Below, one piece after another: positions 54,657 through 64,000 of a stretch of 64,000 nucleotides of DNA. This stretch comes from an uncultured Acidobacteriota bacterium. GTDB lineage: Bacteria > Acidobacteriota > Vicinamibacteria > Fen-336. The stretch lies in the NCBI GenBank assembly GCA_963720545.1, contig OY970399.1, forward strand, positions 320,001 to 384,000, given 5' to 3'. Position 1 is the stretch's first letter, and each line of letters begins with the position of its first letter. A program made the translations under genes and the position numbers. A model generated the notes under the pieces. The model did not search any database, was not told the DNA's origin, and was given only the letters and a program-made list of their open reading frames with translations.

Positions 54657-55241
54657 CTAGTCGGACCGGCGCTTGAAGAGGTCGGCCAGGCCCGCGAGGC
54701 GGGGGTCGGCGTCGGCGCGTTCGGGACAGGCGCAGGTCGTATGGTTGCGGTTGGCGCCGCAGGTGGTGCACAGGCCCTGGCAGTCTTCGCGGCACAGGCG
54801 CTTCAGGGGAATCGACAGGTGGATGTGCTCGCGCAGGGTCTCGCCAAGGTCGAGTTCGGTGCCCGCGTAGGACCCCACCACCATGTCGCGCTCCTTCAGC
54901 TCGACGTCCTGCTCGACGAGTTCGGTGCCGTCGTCGGGCAGGAAGTACAGGTCGAGGTTGGCGCCGGCCGGATGTTCGAACGCGTCGAGGCAGCGGCCGC
55001 ATTCCAGGCGCACCGTCGCCTGCAGGATGCCGACGATATGCAGCGATTCGTCCTCGCCGCGGTCCACGCGCCCGTCGAAGCGCGCGCCGGGAAGGAGTGC
55101 GAACGAGTCTTCGCCTTCGAGGTGCAGGCCTGCATCGGTCAGGACGGCATGGATCTCCGCGCCGTCCTGCGGGACCTTGCGCAGTTCGATGACGAGGTCG
55201 TTCTTCGGCTTTCCTGCTGTCTCGGTCTCGATGTCGGTCAA
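54657..55241 (-). CDS. DUF177 / YceD-family protein
   Basis: C.RCL, LC..DC.GLC..CG.N.N...C.C, DPR; upstream of rpmF; TTG start after GGAG. Confidence 0.9.
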   Translation of the reverse strand: MTDIETETAGKPKNDLVIELRKVPQDGAEIHAVLTDAGLHLEGEDSFALLPGARFDGRVDRGEDESLHIVGILQATVRLECGRCLDAFEHPAGANLDLYFLPDDGTELVEQDVELKERDMVVGSYAGTELDLGETLREHIHLSIPLKRLCREDCQGLCTTCGANRNHTTCACPERADADPRLAGLADLFKRRSD

Positions 55242-55257
55242 GGTGCTCCAGTCGCGT

Positions 55258-56439
55258 TCAGGCTGTGATTTCTCCGAGGAAAGAGGTGCCGGCGTCGAGC
55301 GGCGCCACGCCGAAGTTCTCGGCCAGGGTCGCCCCCATGTCGGCGAACGTCTCGCGGTCGCCGAGTGCGGTGCCTGGGCGGACTCTCGCACCCTTCACCA
55401 GTATCGGCGTGAACTCGCGGGTGTGATCGGTCGACGAGTCGGACGGATCGCAGCCGTGGTCGCCGGTCAGCATCAGCACGTCGTCGCTGCGCAGGGCCGC
55501 GAACAGTTCTGGCAGGCGCTGGTCGAAGAGCTCCAGGTTGGCCGCATACCCGGCAACGTCGTTGCGGTGGCCGTAGAGCGTGTCGAAATCGACGAGGTTG
55601 GTGAAGATCAGGCCCTCCTCCTGCACCGCCATCGCCCGCAGCGTGTGGTCCATGCCGTGGTTGTCGGAGACGGTGTGGACGGCTTCGCTGACGCCGCGCC
55701 CGGTGAAGATGTCCTCGATCTTGCCGACGCCAAAGACCGGCAACCCGGCCGCCTTCAGGCGGTCGAGCAGCGTCTCGCCGTGCGGCGGCACCGGAAAGTC
55801 GCGGCGGTTCGGCGTGCGCTTGAAGTCGGCGGCGCTGCTGCCGACGAACGGGCGCGCGATGACACGGCAGACGCCATGCTCGAGGCAGGCGATCTCGTAG
55901 CCGATGCGGCAGATCTTGTAGAGCTCCTCGACCGGGATCACTTGCTCGTGCGCCGCCACCTGGAAGACGCTGTCACCGGAGGTGTAGAGGATCGGCGACC
56001 CGGAGCGCAGGTGCGCCTCGCCCAGCTCCTTCAGGATCTCGGTGCCGGAAGCCGCCTTGTTGCCGAGCACCCGGCGGCCGATACGCTTCTCGAACGGCTC
56101 GATCACGGAGGCCGGAAAGCCGCGCGGATACGTGCGAAACGGCACCGTGGTGATGAGGCCGGTCATCTCCCAGTGGCCGGTGGCCGTGTCCTTGCCGGCG
56201 CTTTGTTCCGCCATGCGCCCGAAGGCACCCTGAGGCGTGTCCGTGCGGGCGCCCGCGAAACTCGGCGGCAGGTTGCCAAGGCCCCACGCCTTGAGGTTGG
56301 GAATGGCGACGTCGCGCGAAGCCAGCACGTGGCCGAGGGTGTCGCTGCCCTGGTCGCCGAAGTCCATCGCGTCCGGGGCCTCGCCGACGCCAAGCCCGTC
56401 GCAGACGATGACGATGGCGCGCTTGAAAGGTGAACTCAT
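55258..56439 (-). CDS. deoB: Phosphopentomutase
   Basis: DG.G.GEAPDA..FGD, GKDT.TGHWE, YTS.DSVFQ.AAHE, RVIARPF, NLVDFD..YGHRND, DHG.DP, DHTRE. Confidence 0.96.
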   Translation of the reverse strand: MSSPFKRAIVIVCDGLGVGEAPDAMDFGDQGSDTLGHVLASRDVAIPNLKAWGLGNLPPSFAGARTDTPQGAFGRMAEQSAGKDTATGHWEMTGLITTVPFRTYPRGFPASVIEPFEKRIGRRVLGNKAASGTEILKELGEAHLRSGSPILYTSGDSVFQVAAHEQVIPVEELYKICRIGYEIACLEHGVCRVIARPFVGSSAADFKRTPNRRDFPVPPHGETLLDRLKAAGLPVFGVGKIEDIFTGRGVSEAVHTVSDNHGMDHTLRAMAVQEEGLIFTNLVDFDTLYGHRNDVAGYAANLELFDQRLPELFAALRSDDVLMLTGDHGCDPSDSSTDHTREFTPILVKGARVRPGTALGDRETFADMGATLAENFGVAPLDAGTSFLGEITA

Positions 56440-57377
56440 GTTTTCCGCTCCTCCAACAACCACTCCCGGATGGCGGCCAGAGCGCTTTCCCTGTTGCTGG
56501 ACCAGCTTGCGGCGACCTGATGGCGGAACCACGTCCGCTGCCTCTTGGCGTAGCGCAGAGTCCTGGTCACGATAACACGCTCGGCGTCAGCCTCCGCGAG
56601 AGTGCCGTCGAGCATCGCGAACGCCTCGGCGTACCCGATGGCGCGCAGCGGCCGCAGCTCCCGCGAGTAGCCCGAAGCGCGCAGCGTGCGCGCCTCCTCG
56701 ACCAGGCCAGCGGCCAGCATGGCGCGCGTGCGCGCTGTAATCGCCGGCGCCAGCGCCTCGCGGCCGGGGTCGAGGCCGAAGATTCCCACCCTGAACCCGG
56801 TGAGCGGCGCCGCGCCGCGGCCCTGTTCCGCGCTCAGCGGACGGCCGGTCGTGAGGAACACTTCGCATGCTCGCACGATGCGCACGCGGTCGTTCGGCTC
56901 GATGCGCGCAGCTGCCTTCGGATCGACGCCTGCCAGGAGGCGATGCAACCGGACGTTGCCGAAGCGCGCCGCGATGCGGTCGAGGCGCGCGCGCAGTTGT
57001 TCATCGCGCGAGGGGCCGTCGAACAAGCCGTCGAGGAGCGCGCGCAGGTAAAGGCCCGTGCCGCCGACGACCACCGGCAGGCGCGCGCGCTCGCTGATGT
57101 TCGCGAGCGCCGCGCGCGCCGCGCGGGCGTAGTCGGCGGCCGAATACGCGGAATCGGCCGCCGCCACGTCCAGCATGTGGTGCGGCACCGCGCTGCGCTC
57201 CGCCGCGCCAGCTTTGGCGCTGCCGATATCGAGGCCGCGGAAGACCTGCAGGCTGTCGCACGACACGATCTCGCCGCCGTGCTCCTGCGCAACGGCGACC
57301 GCGAGCGACGACTTCCCCGCTGCGGTCGGACCGACGATGACGACGAGCGGCGGCGGGCTGTGCACGCCGCCGTTCAC
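56436..57377 (-). CDS. miaA: tRNA dimethylallyltransferase
   Basis: GPTAAGKS, DS.Q..RGLDIGSAK, HH..D, VGGTGLYL, AIGY, YAKRQRTWF. Confidence 0.96.
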   Translation of the reverse strand: MNGGVHSPPPLVVIVGPTAAGKSSLAVAVAQEHGGEIVSCDSLQVFRGLDIGSAKAGAAERSAVPHHMLDVAAADSAYSAADYARAARAALANISERARLPVVVGGTGLYLRALLDGLFDGPSRDEQLRARLDRIAARFGNVRLHRLLAGVDPKAAARIEPNDRVRIVRACEVFLTTGRPLSAEQGRGAAPLTGFRVGIFGLDPGREALAPAITARTRAMLAAGLVEEARTLRASGYSRELRPLRAIGYAEAFAMLDGTLAEADAERVIVTRTLRYAKRQRTWFRHQVAASWSSNRESALAAIREWLLEERKT

Positions 57378-57454
57378 CGCAGCAACCGGTACACCGTCCA
57401 GGCGAGGACGATCAGCAGCAGGAGCGCCGCCCCGCGCACCTGCACCGGCCTCAT
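57374..57454 (-). CDS. Putative 26-aa single-TM small protein
   Basis: MRPVQVRGAALLLLIVLAWTVYRLLR; ATGA overlap with nitrilase stop and GTGA overlap with miaA start. Confidence 0.55.
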   Translation of the reverse strand: MRPVQVRGAALLLLIVLAWTVYRLLR

Positions 57455-58440
57455 CCGCGGCCGCGTCCCTTGGCGGCGTCGATGCGCTCGTTGTTGCCCG
57501 GGTACGACAGCTCGGCGGCGCCGCCGCTCGCGAAGCCGGCATCCCGGTAAACCGGATACGCTTCGGTGCGCAGGTGCGCGAGCATGTGATGCCCGCGCCG
57601 GGCCGCGCGCTCGTGGCGCAGCGCGTCGATGTCGATCGGCGCCACCACGATCCTCTCGCCCGGCCCCGGTGAGGCTTGCGCGAGGATGCGGCCGTCGTAG
57701 TCGACCGCCATGCTGCCGCCCGGCCACGAGTACGGCGGGTAATGGCGCAGGCTCGCGCCCTGGTTGGCCGCCACCACGAACGCGGTGTTCTCGAGCGCCC
57801 GGGCGCGGTTCACCACAGTCCACCAGTCCATCGGCTCGGTGGCTCCCCAGGGGTCCATGTACGCGGAGACACGGATGAGCACCTCGGCGCCGTTCGCCGC
57901 GAGCTGGCGGATCGCTTCCGGGAACAGCCAGTCGTAGCAAATGGCGCAGCCGAGGCGGCCGATCTCGGTGTCGGCCACCGGGAAGAGCGGCTCGTCGTAC
58001 CCCGGCAGCAGGTCGTGCGGGCTCGTCTGGATCTCGAACGGGATCCAGGTGTTCACCTTGCGGTACTTGTAGAGGATGCCCTGCGGGCCGATGAGGCAGG
58101 TGGTGTTGAAGACGGCGCCGGGCCAGCGGCGGTCGACCTCGAGCATCGAGCCGCCCTGCACGAAGATGCCCTCGGCCATGGCCTTCGCGGCGATGCGGTC
58201 GGTGTGCTCGTTGGGAATCTCGACGGCGAGCTTGTCGCGCAGCTCGGCCACGGTTTCGTACACGGGAGCGGAGTGGCCGAACTCGGGGAACACGACGAGG
58301 CGGACCGGCAGGAACGGCGCCGCGCCGATGAGAGCGGAGTCGATCATCGACAGCATGCGGTCGGTGTTGCGCGACATGGCCGAGCGGTCGAGAGGGTTCG
58401 GCTGGTCGGTCTGGCAGGCCGCCGCCGCATAGCGAATCAC
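57451..58440 (-). CDS. Carbon-nitrogen hydrolase (nitrilase superfamily)
   Basis: Glu-Lys-Cys triad: FPEF, YRK, ICYD; NRARA.EN, GGS..VDYDG. Confidence 0.92.
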   Translation of the reverse strand: MIRYAAAACQTDQPNPLDRSAMSRNTDRMLSMIDSALIGAAPFLPVRLVVFPEFGHSAPVYETVAELRDKLAVEIPNEHTDRIAAKAMAEGIFVQGGSMLEVDRRWPGAVFNTTCLIGPQGILYKYRKVNTWIPFEIQTSPHDLLPGYDEPLFPVADTEIGRLGCAICYDWLFPEAIRQLAANGAEVLIRVSAYMDPWGATEPMDWWTVVNRARALENTAFVVAANQGASLRHYPPYSWPGGSMAVDYDGRILAQASPGPGERIVVAPIDIDALRHERAARRGHHMLAHLRTEAYPVYRDAGFASGGAAELSYPGNNERIDAAKGRGRG

Positions 58441-61400
58441 CGCCTGGCCTCCCCTGCCGGCGCGGCGACGAACGGTTCGACCGCGCGGCGGACGACACGG
58501 GTGTTGTAGCGCTCCATCAACGCCGCTTTCTCGGGAGTCATCGGGAAGCGTTCACCGGGGCCATAGGGGTAGCGCGCCATGCCGTGGAACGGCAGCGGCG
58601 CCCACTGGTCGGGGGTGGCGGAGTTGATGTCCATCTCCTTGCTGTAGCCATCCGAGTAAAGAAGGAACGTCCGCTTCATCCCGGCGCCGAGCGGCGGGAA
58701 CGCGGACACGTCGAAGGACACGGCCAGCTCATCGCCGGGCCTGGAGAACACATAGACGTCGTCGCTGTCGCGCAGTAGCTCGCGCACGTCACCGAGGCGC
58801 GTGTAGCGGCCCGGAAAAGCCTTCCAGGGCGATTCGGCGCTCACCTTCGTGTAGTCGAAGGTGGTGCGCTGCGGCGCGCTGCGCGTGTGCTCGAGCGAGA
58901 AGCCGCGGTCCCGCAAATCGGCCGTGGCGGGGTCCACGGTGGTGACGCGCAGCGCGCGGCTGGTCGGCGGCCGCCGCCACCCGCACCTCGTCCCAGTAGA
59001 TCCGCATGTTGGTGACGATGCGGACCTGGCGGTCCTTCGCGAGCCACTTGTCCGCGAGGTCGAGCGTTAACGTCTGCGGCCGTCCCACCGGAATGCCGAC
59101 CTCGGCAATCACCGTCTGCCACGCGCCGGCGGCGTCGCGCATCTGCAGGCTGGGCGGGTGCAGCGCGAGGCCGGCCTGGCCCGCGGCGACGTTGTCGCTC
59201 GAAAAGGCGTAGTCGGTCCAGCCGGTGAGCAGCAGCAGGTCGGCCGGCCCGCCGCCGAGGTCGAGCGTCAGCGAGTGATCGGCGGCGTATCCGCGCACCC
59301 GCGACAACCCGAAGCCGGCAGGGCTGCGATCGTCGAGCTGCGCGATATCCGCAGTGACGTCGCGGCCGGCGTCGTCGAACGCCGCGCGCACCGGGCGCGG
59401 CGCCGCCGCCGCGAACAGCCGATGCGTGGGCGGCTGCGACACCATGCCTTCGTTCGGCTGCACCTCGACCGCGGCGGCGTGATCGACGGCCACGAGCCGC
59501 ACCCGGTCCACGTAGAGCAGTTCTTCCAGCTCGTTGGTGATCCGCAGCTCGTAGCGGCCGTTGCGCGGCCGCAGTTGCTCTGCGCCGAGCCGCACGTACT
59601 CCACGGGATCGGGCATGTTGAAGGCGCCGTTCGGGAAGCGGTACCCCATCTCGCCGCCACCCATGAAGTCGGTAATGAAGCCGAAGCGCTCGCCGTCCCA
59701 GGCGTAGAGATAAGGACAGGACGATGGCTTGCGGTCGAGCTCCACGATCTTCATCGCCGCCGCCTTCGGCTCCGGCGCCTCGGCCTGCATGGTCCCCGAC
59801 GGCCAGATCACCCGGACCGCGTCGGCGGCGGCGCGCTGGCCGAGCCCGAAGACGACGTCGGCGGGCCGGAGCGGCGGGAAGACCGACGACGTCTCGAGCT
59901 TCTGGTGCAGGCTGCCCGCGCGCATGTCCACCTTGGCGCCGACGCCGCTGCGGTTGCTTACGAATCCCTGCAGCTGCACGCGCAGCGAGTGGTTGCGGCT
60001 GCCGCCATCGTTGCGCAGGATGTGCGGCGACCCCTGCTTGTCCAGGGCGACGATCTCGGCGTCGCCGTCGCCGTCGAGATCGCCGGTAGCAACGTAACCC
60101 AGGGAGCCGCCGGGGACCGCCGGCGCGGTGACTGCGGCGAACCGCCCGCCGGTGTTGCGGAAGAGCTTCAATCCGTCGGCACCCGAGACCAGTAGGTCGA
60201 GGAGGCCGTCGTTGTCGTAGTCCAGGAACTGTGCTTGCGCTGGGTTACCCCGCGACGGCGGCGCCGCGACGACCTCGTACCCCCTGCCGCCGCGGCTCAT
60301 CGCCAAGCTGGAACGACCGTCGACCGTGAAGAAGAAGTCCGTGAAGCCGTCCTTGTTGACGTCGCCCGCCGCGGCAACCGCAGCCGGCACGTCGCCGAGC
60401 CCCTGCGCGGTTGCAACATCGCGGAACGTCCGGTCCCGCTGGTTTTGGAAGAGGTAGACATTGGGCGCGTCCAACATCCCCACGACAGCGTCGACGAACA
60501 CGAGGTCCATGTCGCGCCGGTTGTCGAAATCCGTCGGAATCACGGTCGTGGCCCGCGGCGGCCTGTCGCCCAACGCGGCTTTGGTTATGTCGGCGAATCG
60601 GCCCGTGCCGTCGTTCTGGAACAGGCGCACTCGTCCGTCGGGAAAGACACGGCCGGCAACCAGGTCGACGTCGCCGTCGTGATCGAAGTCGGTGAGCGCG
60701 GCGCCAATCACCGCCGACTCAAGTGCAATGCCGGACCCCTCGGTGGCATCGACGAACCCCTGCGCTTCGCGCTTGAAGAGACGCAGGCCGCGGCTCGTCA
60801 GCAGCACCAGGTCCACGTCGTTGTCGTTGTCCACGTCGGCCGCGACGCCCGCAAATGCCGGAAGCGACGCGGGCAGGCCGCTGGCAGCAGTCACGTCCAC
60901 GAACTTGCCGTGCCGGTTCTCATAGAGTCGCAGGTTGCCGCGGCCAGCCGGCTTCACCCGATCTGGCGGCCAGCCGGGATCGATCCCGTCGTTGCCGGTG
61001 ACCAGCAGGTCGAGCGCTTCGTCCTGGTTCCAGTCGAAGATGAGGGCGCTGCCGAGCTTGCCGACGGCCGGTCCGGGAGCGATCCCAAAGTCTTTCGTGG
61101 CCTCGACGAAGCGAACCGCCGGCTCTTTCGTGTCCACGAGGTCGGCTTCGTCGCCGGTCGAGAGGACCGCTTCGGCATAGCGGCCCTGTTCGGGGTAGTT
61201 CTGGCCGATCATCGTGGCGGCGCCCATCTCCTTGAGCGCCTGAAAATGGTCGAGGGCCTTCTGTCCCTCCTCCGAGCGACCCGCGCGGACCAGCGCGATG
61301 CCGAGGTTGTAGAGGGCGGTGCCGTTGTAGGGCTCGGCTTCGGTCGCCGCCTTGAACTGCGTGATCGCTTTCTCGTAGTCGCGGCTCAGCAGCGCGAGTT

Positions 61401-61851
61401 GGCCGAGGTTCACACGCGCGCCGACATCGGCGGCGTCCACGGCCAGTACCTTGTCAAAGGCGCCCGCCGCTTCGGTCGTGCGGTTCTGCGAGCGCGCCAC
61501 CAGGCCGCGCACGTACCAGGCCTGCGGCGAGTTGGGTACCGCCTGGAGCGCGGCGCTGGCGGCGGTGTCGGCGGCCTCGAAATCTGGCACGTTGAGGAGC
61601 GCTATCGCGAGGTTGACGCGCGCGAGGGTGTTCCTGGGATCGAGGGCGAGGGCGTCGCGGAACGCCTTCACCGCCGCCTCTGCCTGGTACTGCTCGAGGA
61701 GCGCAACGCCGCGATTGTTGGTGCGATAGGCGCCCTCGCGCACCGCTGCTGCGTCGGGCGAGCCCTGGCCCAGCGCCAGCGCGCAGGTCGTCACCAGGGC
61801 GGCGGCCGCAAGCGCGCGGGCGCGCGGCGCCACCGCCGTCGTCGGCTTCAC
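58437..61851 (-). pseudogene. Secreted TPR + FG-GAP + ASPIC/UnbV protein, frameshifted near 58950-58970 (sequence error or true lesion)
   Basis: Signal peptide, TPRs, DxDxDG repeats, NRSGVGAKV...FGLG...WPSG; coherent C-terminus (LRVTTVDP...YTRLGDV...GDEL...KEMD...YNTR) continues in another frame to 58437; span 3415 nt is not a multiple of 3. Confidence 0.75.
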
Positions 61852-61860
61852 CTAGCGCAC

Positions 61861-63504
61861 CTAGCGGCTGGCCGGAAGCGGCACGGTCGCAACGGCGCCC
61901 TTGCCTTCCTCGACCGTGATGAAGCTGCCCGGCGGCACGTTCGGCACCTTGTCCACGACCCCGCTCGGCCACGCCACTTCCACAGCAGCCGCGCCGCGCG
62001 CCGCGCCCAGGCCGAAGGTGACCGGCAGCTCGCTTTGCGAGAGGTAGCTCGATCCCGTCTTCACGAGCGCCCAGCCCTTGAGCCCGTCGCGCCCGGAGAA
62101 CGACACCTTCGCGCCGATGCCGTCGCGGTTCGAGCGCTTGCCGACGAGCCGCACGCGGATGAAGGCGTTGCGGCTGCCGCCGTCGTTGCGCAGGATGCGC
62201 GGCGCGCCGTTGTTGGCGGTGACCACGAGGTCGAGGTCGCCGTCGCCGTCGAGGTCGCCGTAGGCGGCGCCGCGCGCCACCATCGGCTGACTGAAGGCGG
62301 CGCCCACCATCTGGCCCGCATCCTCGAACGCCTTGCCGCCGGTGTTGTGGAAGAGGTGCGGCGGCTGTGCGTACTGCACTTTCGGCTGCACCCGGCTGAT
62401 GTCGTCGGCGACATGGCCGTTGGCCGAGAAGATGTCGAGGCGCCCGTCGAGGTCGAAGTCGAAGAAGAAGCAGCCGAACGCGAGCGTCAGCAGCGAGGCG
62501 CGACCGACGGCCGAGGCGGGCGCCTCGTCGATGAACAGGCCGCGCCCCTCGTTGTGGTACAGCGCCAGCATCTCGTTCGAGAAGTTGCCGATGACAAGGC
62601 TCGGCCGGCCCGAGCCGTCGTAGTCGGCGGCATCGACGCCCATGCCCGCGCGCGCCACGCCCGCTTCGCTGAACGCCACCCCGGCCGCAACCGCGACATC
62701 GGTGAAGGTGCCGTTGCCGCTGTTGCGGTAGAGCTTGTTGGGCTGGGTGTCGTTCGCGAGCAGGAAGTCGAGGCGGCCGTCGCCGTCGTAGTCGAGGAGG
62801 GCGATGCCGAGCGCCTTCGACTTCGGGTTGAGGATGCCGGCCTTCTGCGTGACGTCCTCGAACGTGCCGTCGCCCTTGTTGCGCAAGAGGCGTGCGGACT
62901 GGCCCTTGTACGACTCGGGCGTGCAGTACGACTTGGTGCGGCCGTCGAGCGTGCAGAACAGGTCCTTGTCGATCGACCACTCGACGTAGTGAGCCACCAG
63001 CAGGTCGACCTTGCCGTCGTTGTCGAAGTCGAAGAAGGCAGCGCTGCTGGCGAAGCCGTCGTCCGCAACGCCCGCCGCGGTTGTCACGTCGGCAAAGCGT
63101 CCACCGCCGAGGTTGCGATAGAGGCGGCTCTCGCCGAGCCCGGTCACGTACAAGTCCACCTGGCCGTCGTTGTCGAAGTCCGAGGCAGCGACGCCCATGC
63201 CGTACATCGGCGCTTCGAGCCCCGAGCCGGCGGTCGCGTCCTTGAAAACGCCCTTGCCGTCGTTGAGGTAGAGCGCGGCGCGCGGTTTCGCGCCTGGCTG
63301 GCCCGGCCAGCGGTTCGAGTTGACGAAGAAGAGGTCCTGGTCGGAGTCGCCGTCGGCGTCGAACACCGCGACCCCCGAGCCCATCGTTTCCGGCAGGTAC
63401 TTCTTGCCGTAAGCGCCGCTCACGTGGCGGAACTTCACGCCGGCGGGTGCGGTGACGTCGGCGAAGGTGACGGCAAGCGCGGCGGCGGCCAACAGGCTGA
63501 TCAC
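61861..63504 (-). CDS. CRTAC1-family FG-GAP / ASPIC-UnbV protein
   Basis: ETMGSG, repeated D.DNDG..DL, AGMGVD, RGAAYGD.D.DGD.D, NRDGIGAKV, SYLSQSE...FGLG, WPSG. Confidence 0.9.
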   Translation of the reverse strand: MISLLAAAALAVTFADVTAPAGVKFRHVSGAYGKKYLPETMGSGVAVFDADGDSDQDLFFVNSNRWPGQPGAKPRAALYLNDGKGVFKDATAGSGLEAPMYGMGVAASDFDNDGQVDLYVTGLGESRLYRNLGGGRFADVTTAAGVADDGFASSAAFFDFDNDGKVDLLVAHYVEWSIDKDLFCTLDGRTKSYCTPESYKGQSARLLRNKGDGTFEDVTQKAGILNPKSKALGIALLDYDGDGRLDFLLANDTQPNKLYRNSGNGTFTDVAVAAGVAFSEAGVARAGMGVDAADYDGSGRPSLVIGNFSNEMLALYHNEGRGLFIDEAPASAVGRASLLTLAFGCFFFDFDLDGRLDIFSANGHVADDISRVQPKVQYAQPPHLFHNTGGKAFEDAGQMVGAAFSQPMVARGAAYGDLDGDGDLDLVVTANNGAPRILRNDGGSRNAFIRVRLVGKRSNRDGIGAKVSFSGRDGLKGWALVKTGSSYLSQSELPVTFGLGAARGAAAVEVAWPSGVVDKVPNVPPGSFITVEEGKGAVATVPLPASR

Positions 63505-64000
63505 TTCGAGGCTCCAGCAATCGTTTGCGCGGGTTTCTTCTGGTACTTTTGCGGCCCATTCGGCCGCGCCGAGAACTCCGGGGCGGCTGTCCCGTGTTCA
63601 TGGATCGACTGGCGCTCGTTGTTGTCGTCGGGGTGCAGCTGGCGGTATGGCCCGGTGATGAACTGCGCCGACTCGTCGGCCTTGAAGCGCTCGTAAAGCT
63701 GCTTCTCGCGGGCCGCCTGCGCCTCGTCGCCCATTCCCTGGTAAGAGAGCATCAGGTTGTAGTGCGCCTGCAGGTCTTCGGGATCGACCTGCAGCACCTG
63801 CTTCAGCTCGGCGATGGCACGCGCGAACTCGCGCTTCAGGAACAGCACCCGGCCCAGCTGGTTGCGCACCACGCGGTCGCGCGGATACAGGGCGGCAGCC
63901 GCCTGCAGGTGGCCGAGGGCCTCGTCGTAGAGGCCCCTGCCCTTCAGCACCGAGCCGAGGAAGAAGTGGGTCTTGGCAAGCTTCGGGTCCACCTCGAGCG
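63501..64000 (-). CDS. C-terminal part of TPR protein (5' truncated by window edge)
   Basis: TPR helices, DPEDLQAHYNLML.Y, H..DNNERQSIHEH; GTGA-coupled to the CRTAC1 gene. Confidence 0.8.
   Translation of the reverse strand, partial: LEVDPKLAKTHFFLGSVLKGRGLYDEALGHLQAAAALYPRDRVVRNQLGRVLFLKREFARAIAELKQVLQVDPEDLQAHYNLMLSYQGMGDEAQAAREKQLYERFKADESAQFITGPYRQLHPDDNNERQSIHEHGTAAPEFSARPNGPQKYQKKPAQTIAGASK

Noticed and set aside
58940..58980. Programmed ribosomal frameshift
   Set aside because: No slippery sequence or homopolymer; an indel is more parsimonious
60235..63696. 1153-aa plus-strand ORF and other long antisense ORFs (e.g. 4875-7511, 20139-22478, 28071-29813)
   Set aside because: Shadow frames of real genes, expected in very GC-rich DNA; no recognisable motifs

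Overview
Very GC-rich, gene-dense bacterial chromosome segment. The gene content (fused LptF-LptG, two Hanks-type Ser/Thr kinases, CRTAC1/ASPIC-UnbV cluster, C25 peptidase) suggests an acidobacterium; this is inference only. It is mostly housekeeping: cls, mutM, csp, msrA, tag, clpS-clpA-aat plus bpt, a SahR-like regulator with ahcY and metK, xerD, murJ, rpsT, holA-lptE-leuS, etfBA/ETF-QO, yceD-rpmF-plsX-fabD-fabG-acpP-fabF, deoB and miaA. Uncharacterised accessory modules are interspersed. I found no tRNA, rRNA, CRISPR array, IS or prophage by eye. Most notable: (1) recurring TAnnnT boxes 6-9 nt upstream of start codons lacking an obvious SD, often back-to-back in tiny divergent gaps (leaderless/bidirectional promoter pattern); (2) a tightly coupled TPR / FG-GAP-ASPIC / nitrilase / 26-aa membrane microprotein module upstream of miaA, with a frameshift in its largest gene; (3) a secreted passenger-plus-gingipain-like (C25) protein between the SAM-cycle genes; (4) a palindromic operator over the sahR-ahcY promoter; (5) a coupled DoxX-DUF2071-methyltransferase-membrane protein operon; (6) a probable CTG start for holA. 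Product names come from motif recognition, not database searches.
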